A stretch of DNA of 64,000 bases from Amphiscolops sp. MND2022. Taxonomy: Eukaryota. Below the pieces are notes generated by a model, which was given only the letters and a program-made list of their open reading frames with translations, did no database searches and had not been told where the DNA came from. Positions within the stretch are counted from its first letter, which is position 1. Each line of letters opens with the position of its first letter. Made by a program: the position numbers and the translations under genes. The stretch spans positions 58,220,001-58,284,000 of the forward strand of contig OZ076409.1 of the NCBI GenBank assembly GCA_964187785.1, in the 5' to 3' direction. Shown piece after piece: positions 32,503 to 46,687 of the stretch.

Positions 32503-35329
32503 CTGCAGATCAAAGGTACCATGATAATTCCATAAAATGAAGAATCAACTATAAATTCAAGTGAAGAATAGAAAATTGACCTTGACCAAGATGGGTAAAG
32601 AGCTCAAGTCTGAAGTCGGCGTCCCTTTCAATACGCTACAAGACTGTATGAAACATCTGGAAATCTCACATTGCCGAAAAAATTGTCGTAATAGTTTGGC
32701 AAAGACTGATGGTTTTGGCTCAATGTCAGAGACGTCCGGCAAATTTTGAGAATGTCCAATGCCCTGTACTCGAATTAGGATAGGCCAACCGAATTCATTC
32801 AACAGGTTTTGAGTAGTTTTGAAAGAGGTGAACAAAAACCAACCAAAAATGTTTATTTACCCTTTCGAAAAGATTTTAATGTAGGCATTGAGAACGGTTG
32901 AAATGAACCAGGTCAAATGACGAAACAGTTGGATGGAGGAAATCCGAGACTGTTTTAATACTGCTAAGGTAAAGATCACAGACTAATCAATACAAGTTCA
33001 TGAATAATCGTCGAGTGACGTTTTTAAGACATGAATATGACGCCGATGGAAGTGGAAACGATACAAAATGAGTGAAATAGGAACTCATTTGATCGGCATT
33101 GCCTCAGAATTGAAGTTTGTTTCATTTCTTCATTACCATTCTCTGTAACATGAAACTTGTTTTGCTAGCTTATTATAAAGCTAACGAGACGTAAAAAGAG
33201 CTGTAATTTTCCTTGCTGCTAGTTGCCTCACGTAAAAGGTTTTTAATATCTGCTATGAATTTTGTTTCCAAAAACTGATTATTTTCCGTGGGTTGGTGCT
33301 TCCACTTAGCAATCACGGAAGGAAAAAGATGATTTATTATGTTGGTGTAATTGTCGTACCTCAATGGGTAATTATGCAACCTAGTCAGATGGACGTGGTA
33401 TGACGTGGTGCGATATTTCAAATTGAACTAGAATATGGAAATAGAAAGGATGGTATGTTACTCGTCCGTAGTTCGAGTCAAAAGTATTTTCATTTGTCGC
33501 ACTATTAAATTAACCACAGGCGGAATTGCATTTTCATATACTTATAGAATTGCATAATTTACGCGCTGTTTGATGTTTTGTATTGGCTCCAAATTTTATC
33601 CCTTACTTTTGAACATTTTCGCGTTATTGATCCACACGCTGTTGTCGCGGGTATAATTATTCCATACTAAAATTTGATTCATCTCAAAATGTTACATCCA
33701 GCAAGTTTTCATGTGTCGCTGAAAACAGTGTGATCCAAAATGTATGTTTCTCTCGTAGTGTTTTAAACTACCGATTCACTCCTCAAAGGGTAGCCAACTT
33801 GAACGTATAACATTGATCGATTTTTCGTGTCTTTTTGTCTCATTGTAATATCTTCTGTTGATACTACTGAGCGTGTTCAAATATGAACAACTTTCGTATT
33901 TGTGAACAACTTGAATGACTTTCTTCAAAGGAAAGAGTGCAAAAATTATTCAGCAACGAAATAAGTGTGAACAAGTGGTTTCGAATGAAGCGATTATGGA
34001 AAAATTAGCAAGTTGTTCCGGAAATGACACGCCTTTATTGACGGATAAAATCAATTTTAAAAAACATGATAGTTTTTGAGACGTCCACAACGTTTTAAAC
34101 AGATGTTTGGTAAAACTTGAAACCCAATAGCTGAAGTAATGATTGAAAAAGTTTCCGAAGAGGCTGCTAATATCCCTATGATGAAAAAAATATATATATA
34201 ATTCTTGAAATCTCGCAACATATTGCAACATAAGGCAATGCATTCTTCTCGCAAACTGTCTTCTTCTCGCAAACTGTCTTGTAAGAAAAGAATTGACATT
34301 GCAAGACTCTTGAAGGGAAATATCGAATGTTCGAGATTCTTTCATGTTTCGACTGAGAATTCGAGGTGTCGAGAAAACTGTCGTTGTGTTCTCTCCATCG
34401 AACATCACATGATCATGCCCGCTAGTTCCTATTCTCACTATCGAAAAAGCGATTCCAGACTTTCATATAAGATGGTGCTATAACCAAAAATCTTGTTTCA
34501 GTCACCTCAATTGCGTCAATTTAATATTGACTTAATAGAGATGGCTAGATAGATACAGCAATTGATTGTTTTGAGCTGTCAGGAACCTGAAAATGCAAAC
34601 AACAAAAAATATCTCCAGAAGTGTGATTTTAGTAATGTAACCTGAAAGCTTATTTGTCTAAATGAACTGATATTTGAAACATAGTTTCGATGTTCATTAA
34701 AAAAAACTAATAACCCACTTATATTATGTACACGATGAAGACTTTGAAATTAAGCTGTACAAACCCGGATTGTGTACTTTTTAGGAACAAAACCCGAGAA
34801 AAACATTTTTGACCATCGGCGCAGCTTTTGACTACGTTATCTTAACTGATGTCTCGCAAGATTTGCATAGTTTTGCAAGACTGGCTCGGCTAGCAAGAAA
34901 CTTGCAACACTAACGTGTTTTGTAAACTAGCAAGATTTCAATTTCTTCCAAACTAGGAATGTGTCACATCAGTTCAGTTTTCCAATGAAGTTGAAATTCG
35001 TTCAATAAACCAGATCAAAAAAGCTCCAAGGATCATGAAAGCTCCACTATCATTTAAGGAAGTAATTTCAGTGCTAGTAATTATAGTGATGCTGGCTTAC
35101 ATAAAATGAAGATGAGTTGAGTTCGTTTTTATATCTGACGACCTATTATTTTGTATTAAACCACCATTTCTTGAAAGTATTTTGGTTTTACTTCTTGTTA
35201 TTGCACACGTGGATCATCACCGGCTTTTCCATCCATTGGAGAATAAAAATCATTTAATTTTTTTTCACATTTTTCACTCAAGAAGCTCCTCTATTTGAAG
35301 TTTTGTAGTTAGAAACCCAAATATATTTT

Positions 35330-35806
35330 TAATATTTCTGCTTTAGCAGGAATGTTATTGTAACCTCAAAGTTGGTCCTTTTTTTTTCAGTCGTCAAATT
35401 TCGTCCTACTGAATAATTCAGATATTTTGTTCGGCAGTGAGTGTAAGCGTGGGAAAGCTGCCGACAACAATTCAATTCTAGTGCGATAGAACGAGCGAGT
35501 GGTAATTATCCATTCGTATGCTGACGTCATTGAGATGAAGCGAATGAGTGTTAATTATTCGTTCGTTGAGAGCTTCGCCTGCATTCAAATGCGAATGCGA
35601 AACTTCGTCTACGCTTAGTTATATTTTCTTTAGTCCGAGAAGAATTAAAGGCGGTGTAAACTTGTACAGTGATTAATTGTGCTCTAAGTAATGATTAAAC
35701 AGGAGTGTATTGGTATTCCAGATATGATTCTTTTATTAATGATTTTTTGTTTTAAAAAAATAAAGATTAAAGCAGAAATAGTACTGAGCCCCGGAGGGGC
35801 CTATTT
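35330..35806 (+). mobile_element. HINE family A copy 3 (stand-alone, defines element ends)
   Basis: Identity to 18487-18963 stops at both ends in T-runs; no TSD. Confidence 0.87.
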
Positions 35807-36611
35807 TTAATTTCAGAGCTCACCTTCATTTTGTTTGCTATCGTTTCGATCAACAAAGGTGTATCTATACAAACATCTTTTGTTTTTTTTTTTTTTAGTT
35901 ACAGACCTTACTGTGGCCGCAGTATTTCCAAATCATAACTGTCTTTCTCGAGTGGTCGGTATATATAGTACTGTCGACTGCAAGGAACTGTACGTTATCG
36001 TGATTACCATAACCCAACTTTGTTGAATTTTTTTGACAGAAGCCCAAGCGTGAAAGACATCATACTTCAAGAATCTAATTAGTGTCAAAGCAAACATGCG
36101 ATTTGCGTCAAACGCCGGATTTGATATACTTATGTGACCTCTTGTAAATCAATACGACCACTTCTTGTTAATTTCAAAGGACCACAAAAGAGGAAACTCG
36201 TCCTAAATTATTCATAGTTTGCCGCCTCCGTTTTTGATTGGGTATTTTTTAACATCGTAAGTGCAAATTGAAACTGGAAAAGGAATTTTAGGAAGAAAGT
36301 TCAGATGCAGAACATTGATTAAAAAACTTTCTCTGACGTTTTTTCTCAACATTGATATTACTAAGTGATTTCGGGAATAACGTTCATTGACTTAGAAGTT
36401 GAATTAAATCATAGCCAAATTTTTTTAAGCTTTCATTTTTTTTCATTTCGAGGTTTGCGGTAATATTCTTTGAAACTTGACGAGGATGATTGCACGTCAA
36501 GAGCTGGCTGAAACATTGTTAACAAAAACTATTTTTGTGCCATCCCGTTTGTCCTTTCGTATAAAATATATCCTTGTCTGTCAGTCGAAAATCTGAGCAA
36601 ATTTGAAATGA

Positions 36612-37170
36612 TTTTTTTAGTCGACGCTTTTCTTGAAAAGAGCCGACTATAGTCATGGTTTTTCGTCAGTGTTTTTATTTTTACAAACTTTTTTTCGATA
36701 CACCTGAAGTGACCGAAATAGTTCTATCAAAAGTTCTACAAAAATTTAAATTGGCCCAGGGAACTGAACCAAAAAGGTTTCCCGCGTAACGCAATGCCGG
36801 ACGAGACCAAAGGGTCCCCCTATCAGTTTTTTTCGACACTGCGAAACTTTTGTTTCGGAAAAAATTTTTCCCCAAAGGGTCCCCCTTAAATTTTTGGAGT
36901 TTTGCGACAGAATGGATGCTGAAAAATCCCAAAAGGTCCCCTCTTCCATTTTTTTGGCATTGTGAGTTTTCGGATTTTTTTTCGGGTTGTTGACAAGCAA
37001 CATTATTAGTTCTTTCTTTCTTTCAAAAGCAATCTATAGAAGGCCGAAGCCTATAGTTATTTTCACGGGTGCTGTACAATGTAGAAGAGAATACTTTGAC
37101 ACGTTGAAGTCCTTTTGCTATTTTGTAACATTAGATATGGCGCCGACTTGAGCCGGTCCTGGCTTGTTTA
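36612..37170 (+). mobile_element. HINE family B copy with a small nested insert
   Basis: TTTTTAGTCGACGC start and ATGGCGCCGACTTGAGCCGGTCCTGGCTTGTTT end. Confidence 0.72.
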
Positions 37171-40100
37171 CACTGTACTGTACATGAAATTATAAGAGCA
37201 GTCAATTCACTGACCCTCTCGCTTGTTTTAAATCGTCCCAGAAGATGCGTAAAATTGTTTTCCAAAAAAGTATACCTTATTATTTCTGAGATAATCTGTG
37301 CACCACTCGTATTTTGAATGTTTTGCGCTTACACAGTCTTGAGCCGGGTACACCATCTCGTTTTTTGTCTAAAAAAAATCTGTTTTTGAAAAGTTTGTCA
37401 CGTCGACGGTCATTTTTTTCCGGTTTCTGTTGGTGTATTTTGACTCACCTGTATTTGAAATATCGGAGCTGCTATTGGTGCTGCTGATGGAATAGAAGGC
37501 ATAAGAAAATGTGTTTTGGGGGAGAAGTAAATTGATTGTGACACCACAATTGCAAGCAACCCTTTTAAACAAACCCAAAAAGGAGGATTATTTATTCTGC
37601 GAATGTTCTTTCAACACTATCTCCGACGGTCTCCACAAACAATATGCTCTCAATCAATATTTGAATATAGATGAAAAAGCGCCAAGCGCTAATCAATGAT
37701 TTATATGTTTGTTTTCCCTCTTGCTCATCTGTATCGAGTGATATATTTCTTATTGTCCCATGTCCAGCCTTTCACAACTAAAATTTGGGTTTCTTTGTTC
37801 CAATCGCGAGGTAAAATTTGAGGATAATAGAATGATTATGGACTTTTCTCAATGTTTTCGGAATAATTCTGAATTGCATTTCGCAAATGCAAAGAAGTTG
37901 TCTCAAGTTGAGATTTTTCCCGAAGATTTCTAACGTTTTCAATAGAAGATGAATTTGTGCATAACTAGTGTTCAAAAATATTATGCATTCGAGATGAAAA
38001 CCCGGAGAAATTGAGAGAAACTATTGATTAATGATTACGCGTCGTAAATTCGGCTAGCACTCGATCGGAATAACTCGAATGTCAATGATGAAATTTTTCA
38101 AATGAATTGAGGCCGACTTTTTCAATCAATTTTTGACATGATTCGCTTTGTTCCGTAATAGGTTATGAATTGTTTCCTTTTTGTTTGCAGGCACTTTTTA
38201 TTGTTTGGTATTGTGTCTAGAGAATTCGGCAATTTCGAATAAGTCTCCGCGTGTTCGAACTATTGAATCTGCCACTGTTTTTGTCTCCTGGGCAGAACAT
38301 ATGACTGCCTGATTTACTTTGGTGCGAAGCCAACTTCAGCTGTACCCTCGACAAATCATATAAACTTTGATCCTGTTAATTTATCGCTGAACTCGATGAA
38401 TGTGCGGAAACGATTGAAATTGTACGATTGATATTGATGTAATAATATATAATAAATTTTACTACAACTAACAGTAATATCATGTTTTTCAGATAATTGA
38501 TGATTAGTCTGCAAGTATGAAACAAAACGTGCGATATTTATGTCGAGTGACTTTTGTGGTCACTGTTGGTTACAGGATAACTTCATTACTGGCAAAATTA
38601 GAATGATTATCATTTCAAAACCTTTTTTTATGGCCTGTGCTCATTCATCCTGCATTTCTATTGGCTGATGTTGGTTGTGTTGGTATCAATTCTGTCATTT
38701 TGGGCTTGAGACGATTATTGAAATTTAGTGATTCTAGTTCCAAAAAAAAAAGAGGCGACGTGCCGAGTAAGTTGACTTTTATTTGACCTAATTTGAATTT
38801 CTGATGGGCGCATGAAATGATTTACTTCCAAAGTTTACGACATGCTCAGTGTTTAGCACATTCAACCACAGGTTTCACTTTAGAGTTGGGAAAATTTAAT
38901 TATTCGATGTTATCTTAACTATTTTTTTGTTTAATTGCGTTTTGATGCATTTATGGAAAAATCGATTTTCTCTCCGAACTTGTACTGCGTTAGTTTACTG
39001 TCAAAGATTTCAATGCCAAGAAGTTCGTGAGATCCCCTGGATGGGCGCTTTTGTTTCTATATACACGATCTCTTGTCAAAATTGAATACACAGTTCTTTC
39101 TACCTATATAATCCCTATTATGCTGCTCAATTTACCCCTTCTCAATTTTTGATCATATCTTTTTCTCACCGTCTTTTAAAAAACTTCAAAAATTTGACGT
39201 GTTATCGCATTGATTCCTCGAATCATTTGAAACTTTTGATGGTAAAGACATACATTTATTTCTCTACATTTGTCTGTAAGTTCAAACGAGATTTTAAACT
39301 TTTTTTCGATTCATGTGACTTGGCAAACCTTTTGAGCTATTGCTTTAGATTTTTCAATGTCAACTCAATGTGAAAACTGTGCTCTTTGTGTTCATTAAAA
39401 ACAGTGACGACTCTAGTCTAGATCAACTTTCCAAGTAATTAGAATCTCGAGCAAAATTATGACTTACCTTGAATATCGTACATATTTTTGTCGCAGTTGG
39501 TGGTAATATAATTTAATTAATTCAGCATGTTGAGGATTGCATTTAAAGCTAGGGTGTAACCTTGTGAGATTTCAAACTCCAAATTTACCATGTGAACACC
39601 AAAATGTAGATGATGCATGCTGGGTTTGAAGGGATCCAATTTGTAGAAATTTTGGAGCCATGTGATCTCGATTTGAAATAATTTTCGTGTTCCTGTGGTC
39701 AAGAAACTGGGCGTTAAATTTAGACGGCGCTTGAATTGCTAGCCAGTTAAGAAAGACTTGAAGATTTGTTATTTCCGTGCGCAAATTACTTTAATTCCAT
39801 CGATACTACTTATCGGACGTGGCGGCGTAATGAATTATGTGAGGATTTTCAAACGTCCACAGCCTCGTTTTCCTTTCGTGCCATCAAATTTGAGTTGAGA
39901 AATCGTTTTGCTATCTTTCTCACGTTGGATTTCCGTATCAATAACTTTCCATTTGCGGGGCTTTCAAACTTTCGAATAAACTTATGGGTAATAATGAAGT
40001 GGAATATTTGTTTTGTGTTGCAAAGCGCGAGTAAGTACTGTCTTGTTTTTATTCAGTCGAGATTTGTTTCTAAACAGCTTTGAAGCTCAAAGAGAAGTCT

Positions 40101-41303
40101 GGTTTAAACGATTCGCACCAACACTTAAACGTGCCAATAGCTCCGAAGTGGTTCTTTGTTGTTGAGTTGGTGCTCAAATCGCCGCAATAGGTTTCACCTG
40201 TCGAGATTGGCCAACATTGCGTGAACCAACAATAATCGTGGGTCTTCTTTTCTATCTAGAAACTGGTCCGAAAAGCAGGCCCTACGAACAACGATCACCT
40301 GAATATCGAAAGAATCGGAATTTGTGGTAACGGCGATGCAATCCGTTATTCTTCCCTATTCAATTTAGAAGCCGCTTCTGTTAAATAATAGCGCTTTTGT
40401 TTTTATTATATTCGGTTTTATATTCAATAATCTCGTCATTTAGCACAATTCCATTGCTCCATTCTTGGAATATTATCGGAAGAACCAACTAAAACTGTAG
40501 CAACGCTTTCTGGAAAATTTTAAGCTGGAAAAGTGTTGGAATAATTGTGGCCAAAAATTATTGTCCAATGGCAGACATTCTTGAGAACCAGCAGCAGAGG
40601 CGGCGGCTGTAGTGGTAATATGTAGAAGCGAAGGAAGTTGCCGGTCGGCAGCCGCCAGCTTGGTTTGTATAAGCGTTACGTCACTTGTCAAATTTTTGTT
40701 GTTTGATTTACAAGTTCTATCCTTCTTGAGTCGACTGTTGCATTGATCATGTGAGGGGATAGGAGCATATTGTAGGTCTTCGCTACTTCTCAGACTCTCC
40801 CCTCTTCTCAACTTTGCATTAATGTTTTGACGCGAAAATTGATGCAATCAAATGCCGTCTAGTAACTTCTTCCGCCGCTGCCGCTCTTCCAAAACAACCC
40901 CCTCTCTGAACCTCTTGTTAACCTAAACCTATTTGCTTACTTTCTGCCATGTCTTCTACCCCATTTCTCCCATTTCCCTTTCCAATTTCTTGCCTTTACT
41001 TCAATTGCACGTATTATCCGATCGCGGGGTTTCAAGTTTTCCCAACTAGCGACACTAATGGAAAACGTTTTTAATTGACTGACTTTCATAGCATGACGTA
41101 TGTTCATTTTAGGGACGGCCTCAAGTTGAAAAATTGAATATTAAACGTTGCTCCAATTAGACTTGTATGTCCTTCTTTGGTGTAATCCATTTGTAACTCA
41201 CTAAATTGAAAACAGACTTGAATCATCCAAGCACTGTGTATTAGATTTTTCTTTTGCTACATGCCCTAAGGCCATAGTTCTTTCTTAACTTCCAATTTTT
41301 CTA

Positions 41304-43175
41304 TTTTTAGTCGGCGTTTTTGATAGTTTCGAATCCCAGGAGGTACAATTTTCATCTAATTTTCGCAAAAGTAAACGAGACCAAACAGAGTCAACTCTTT
41401 GAAGCCTTTGGGTTTTTCATGCGCTCTGCAACTTTTTTCTCGAAAACTTTTCAAATTCATCAAATGGTACCGACTAAAGCAGTGGCTTTTTTGAGACCGC
41501 CAATTGACATATTTCTATAAGCTCTAAAAGCAATTCTTTGTTATTATATTTAAGTTAATCCAGTTGGCTCAGTTGTTAACGCGGGTTTTCTGCTCGGGTG
41601 ACGAGGTCTGAGTCTCGCACTAAACTAAAATATTACGCTTGCAAACGTAGAGGGGAGACCAAAAAATCTTGAGAAAATTTTAAAAGTTATTTGGTTTCTA
41701 GTTGTGAAAAAAGTGGATTTTGAGTTTTATGGTGTCTCCGGGTATTTTCCGGCACTGTAAATTCGATAACATTCTCGCAATAGTGTCTCTTTGCATTTTT
41801 GTAAAACTTGATTTTTGTAAACCTTGAGCGGGGCGCCGACTTCGGCCGTTCTCGGCTTGTTTTTAAATTTTTGGTTCGGAAAAGTGTTTAGCGGGCCTAA
41901 AAGATCTCCCTTTGGGTATTTTGACACTTTGCGACATTTTAGTCGGCGCTTCATGAAGTGAAACGCGACTATAATAGTGACATTTTTCAATCCACACGAA
42001 CTGACCAAAATTGTTCTACAGAAGTTCTACGGAATATTATGATGTCAAATTGAACCATTTGGCCTAGCGAACTGAACCAAAAAGGTTTTTCCTTACTTTC
42101 CGCGTAATATACAGTACCGGGAGAGACTGAAGGAACCCCCTTTCAGTTTTTTTCGTCATTGTGAGACTTTTCGAAGAAAAATTCCCCAAACGGGCCTCCA
42201 ATTTTTTTGATGCTTGGTGACAGAATGGATGTTGGAAAATCACAAAGAGTCCCCCATTAAGTTTTTTTCGGCATTGTGAGACTTTTTTTCGAAAAAAAAA
42301 CATTTCCCCAAAGGGTTCCGCCTTCAATTTTGTTTTGCGACAGAAATGATGAAAAATCTCAAAGGGTCCCCCTTTTAGCGCGCCATTTCGGTTCAACTTT
42401 TGGGTTTTTCGGGTACAGTGAAAAATACTTGACACTTTGAAGTCCTTTTGCTGTTGTTTCGCCTTTTGCTGCAAGCCTAATTGTTGTGATAAACTTATTA
42501 AATAGCCTTAGATATGGCGCAGACTTGAATCACGAACTGGCAAGTGAATCACGAACTGGTAGGTGGAGATCCCGGAAAGTGAAACTTCGACCCCAATCAA
42601 TACTGGAACATATGGTACATGTAGTAGGTGCCAGTTCTCTGTTCAAAGCAGTGAAAACTTTCCACATCAGGTAAGAACAAGACGGGAACGTCTCAAGTCG
42701 GCGCCATATCTTAGGCTTAAAAATATTCAAGGAACAACTATTGGAAATATTTGGAAATTTTTTTTTCTCAAAAAAAGTATTTGGTAAAGTCGCACAATGC
42801 CGAAAAACCTAAAAAGAGGTCATTTAGGCTCATTCAACGTTTTCTACAAACCGAAAACTTCAAAAAAATGCAAGGGGGTACCCTTTGATAAAATTCGAAA
42901 ATTTTCGAAAAAAGTCGCATAGTGCCGAAAAAACCCAAAGGGGGGACCCTTTGGTCTCACCTGTACTTTTGGAAGCATTAAAAAATTTATGGTTTAGTGC
43001 GAGAATCGAACCCACGCTCTCCTGCTTGGTCGAAGATGAACAAATATGAAAGATGAACAAATTGTAAGAAAAGTGGACCACTCAGAGTGAGTTTGTCAAC
43101 TGAAAAAAAATTTTAAAAAATACTCACTGTAAGAGTCGGGCTTTTTTCCTTAAGGGAAAAGGCGCCGACTAAAAA
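41304..43175. mobile_element. Cluster of three HINE family B copies (41304-41864 +, 41937-42520 +, 42676-43175 -)
   Basis: Each has the TAGTCGGCG terminus and the GGCGC(C)GACTT subTIR. Confidence 0.75.
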
Positions 43176-43749
43176 CCATCCAATCCAAAAAGTAACTGCA
43201 ATACCTGGTCTGAGTCTGAACCCTCTATCGAAGAATCCTGTCAAAAATCTCGAGTATCTATTTATGAAAGGTCATCTCTCAAAACATTTTCATCTGGTTT
43301 TGTGGCATGACTTCTTGAACAATACAATTTCTGCACACCCGAAGCATAAAACCCCAGCGTTAAACATTCAAAGCCTTGGTGAAGTTCTGGACCGTATCAA
43401 ACATAGACTGAGTGCAATCATTTACTGCCGCCGTTTTGGTACTGCTGATATCTACGAAGAGTTGAAAGCAAGCGGGGTCACAGTTATTAGCGTAAGGAAA
43501 TACCTTCATTTGAAAAAAAACTAACGACGGTAACTTGCTGTTGAAACATTCCGTTTTACATCCAGAGAGTAAATTGGAGCTGAAGTCAGCCATTGAATGT
43601 TTCTCTGAAACACGGTAATAACTTGAAAGACTTGACAAAGAACACGCGCTCTAGGAAGACCAGGCCATCACAGAAAAAGAGGAAGGGAAGACAGCGAAAA
43701 TGAGTTAGTAGTTCACACTTTGTGTTTCAAACTGAGCCGAACCTGTGCG

Positions 43750-46200
43750 GACAAGCCTTTTTTTGCTGGCTGACTGACTGCACTCGGAAGGTTCATGTTT
43801 CATGTCGGGTAGATCGCCCTGCTCGCAATCCCACAGCACTCTGGCCATGACAGGCCTTGACATTGTCGAACTAGCGCAATCACTTATCCCTGTCTTAAAG
43901 AGTATTCAAGATACAATCTCAAAAAGTATCAGCGACGAATTTGAAAAAGTCAATACATGCATCACGTCTAATCTTGAGAATATAAATGAGAAACTGTGTG
44001 CTATCGGATCTAGACACGAAAAAATCTAGATCTAAAAAAGATCTAGACACGAGTCAGAGCTGGAAACGATAGGCAAATCAGTCTCAAACTTGATATTGAG
44101 CCGAGATTGTACGAACGACAATATCGACACTAGAAGCTGCCCTAGAACAGAGTAAAGCAGAACTTTCCAAAGTGGAGTCGAATTGCGAAACTCTGGCCGC
44201 CGAGAAAGAAAAGATAACGGCCGAACTCGAAATCCTGAAGAAACAACTGGAGACCGACAAATCTCCTGAATTTTTGAAAGAAAAGGTTGACCAACTGTTG
44301 AAAGAAACAATTGATCCGGAGAGTGAAGAACGAGACCGCGATCAATATGGACCGGAGTGGCAGAGGTTTTTGACCAAGTGTAGGCTTGACTCCCTCGAGC
44401 AGTATAACATTAGAGTGCACAGGCAAGCCTTATTCGCTCAAAGCGCAACATAGTGCTTTCAATATCTCGGATTCCACGACCATACCTTTAACCGTGCAAA
44501 ATTGGCAAATTACGTCATTTGTCCCGGATTCCACGGATTTAGTCGTGGATTCCAGTAACAAATGCTTAGCTGTACGAACTGTCGGCATGCAGCGGTGTCC
44601 CGGATTCCACAAAAACGTAAGTTTTGCGAAATGAACCAATCAGATTGCAGAAATCATAAATTTCCTGGATTCCACGACTTTATGCTTGACGCGATATGCG
44701 GCATCTCTTCTTGAATTAAATTCAAGTGGAAGACTGAACAAACATAATATTATGCACTACTTTTCGTATATTAATTCAAAATGATTCAGACAATCACACC
44801 AATATCACACAAATTTTTTGTATTTTTCAGTTTAGTACCAGTTTTGTCGTGGAATCCAAGACACGCTTAACATCAAAGAGAAAACTTGTCCTGAATTCCA
44901 CGACTTTTCTCAATTTTCGTGTCCCGGATTCAACGAAAACAGCAAAATAGCTTGCCTGTGCACTGTAATGAACCGCCGAGACTGTCTTCTTTTCTTTGCA
45001 CTCGAAGAACGCGACGACGAGGACTGTACCAATGTTATTGTCAATACATTACGAGCTATGGGTGCAGCGATTAATCATGATGCAATATCAATTAGTCATA
45101 GGCTTCATACCCAGAGTAGAAGACCCAACGAGCTGCGACCCATCATTGCGAAGTTTACTACAAGAAGCACTAGAAATTATATCATCACGTCTAAAAGCAA
45201 CCCGAAACATTCCCAATATCAATATAATGTCTTTATCAGAGAACAATTCACGAAAGAAAAAAGATGGTTATTTCGTCACCATGAAGGAATCCCGATTGAT
45301 ATTCAGAAAGGATCAATTATATGGTACTGTCAACTCTCTAGATGAACTCAACACGAAGGTGGGATGGGATGTGTCGCAGTTGAAGTCACTTTTCAATAAT
45401 TAGCAACCAGTCACCCACGAAAAAAAGCAACACTGTAGCAAATATCACAACAAATTCATCCGCGTGCTAACTTTGAACGTTAGAGGAATTGTTTCTAAAA
45501 TAAATCTGATTGAGATCCAAGATGTAATTAGTGAAAATTACGTAGTAGGACTCACTGAAACGCTTTTTTTAGTTTTCTCAAAGAATGTCGAAGTCATGAA
45601 ATTTTTACCGGGAAGAATAAATTTCTACTTAAAGGTTACCGAGGTCTAGCTTTTTTTGTGAGGAAGTCTTTGGACTTTGATTTCACAGAAACCGACATTG
45701 GGAATAAATGACTGATCTCGATAAAAAAATTCTAATCAATTGTTGCATACCACGAGCAAATGAGTACGCTAACATCATAAACGATGGTGAATTTCGCAAT
45801 TTTGTCAAATGTTGCTGCCAAGACCTTGCAATTCAATCTTGGCATGTAAATATACGAACAAGTTCTTTATGTGAGACCTATAGCTCCTCCAAACATCACC
45901 TGAAGTTGGAGAATTATTTACATTGTTCAAAACCACGCGAGAGGACACAGCTATCTAAGTTCAGTTGTGCCCCATCTTTTTTACCCATTGTGCGTAACAA
46001 AATAACAAATGAAACCAGCCTTGTATGTCCTTTTTGTGGTTTGACATGTAACTCAGATGAATATCATGTTGTTAACCTGTAAACCCGGTCGGACTTTTTG
46101 TATAAGTATCCGAATGTCATAAAATTTGACCAGCTGATGAACTCCACTAAAAACTAAGAAACCTCGCTTCCTTGTGCGAATCTATCCGTGCCCTCTGTTG
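43750..46200 (+). pseudogene. Decayed, internally deleted LINE (CR1/L2-group-like): ORF1 plus APE start and C-terminal Cys motif of ORF2
   Basis: Coiled-coil then LDSLEQY|NRRDCLLFFALEE..SHRL..RPIIAKF (ORF1 RRM type). TLNVRG..VGLTET (APE). LSKF..LPI..CPFC..DEYH. The RT domain is absent. Confidence 0.8.
44408..44970. mobile_element. Non-autonomous TIR element, CACTA/EnSpm-like, inserted in LINE ORF1
   Basis: TIR CATTA(G/C)AGTGCACAGGCAAGC, 2-bp AA TSD, repeated GGATTCCAC motifs. Removing it restores TAT AAC CGC CGA (YNRR). Confidence 0.8.
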
Positions 46201-46687
46201 TGCTAAATTTGACATGTAAAATTGTTGCTATTTCTGAGCCTTAGATATGGCGCCGACTCATGCCGTTACCGGCGTATTTTGTTTATGCTTGCAAAGGTAG
46301 AGAACAGAGGCTCACTGAAGCCCCCTTCGATTTTTAGCAGGAACATAGGGTTTTGCTAGCACGGGGTATTTTAAAGTTTTCCGCACTATGCAACTTATCG
46401 AAGAATTTTTAAAAATAATTTTCCGTAATTGTTGATTTTGGCGTTCTCTGTTAAGGAACGCCGTTTCCGAGTATTCAGGGTGACATCTTTGGTTCTGAGG
46501 GACTCATGAGATTTCTCAATACCCGTGGAAAAGACCTATGGTTTTTCGGCACTGTGCGACAAAAGGTACCACTTTCATTTTTAAGAAAGTTTTGCGAACT
46601 TGAATAGGAACTTGAAATTTTACGATGGTGTCCCTCCCCATGGTGCCGACTTGGGCCGTTCCCGGGTGGTTTCTATTGAATAGAATG

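Noticed and set aside
32557..32835. Possible additional HCN exon
   Set aside because: The donor phase does not fit the 32502 acceptor and the region contains decayed HINE-B motifs.
33700..34950. Possible hAT transposase C-terminal remnant
   Set aside because: Only vague similarity (FPEQLA..TTC); no catalytic motifs or clear TIR/TSD.
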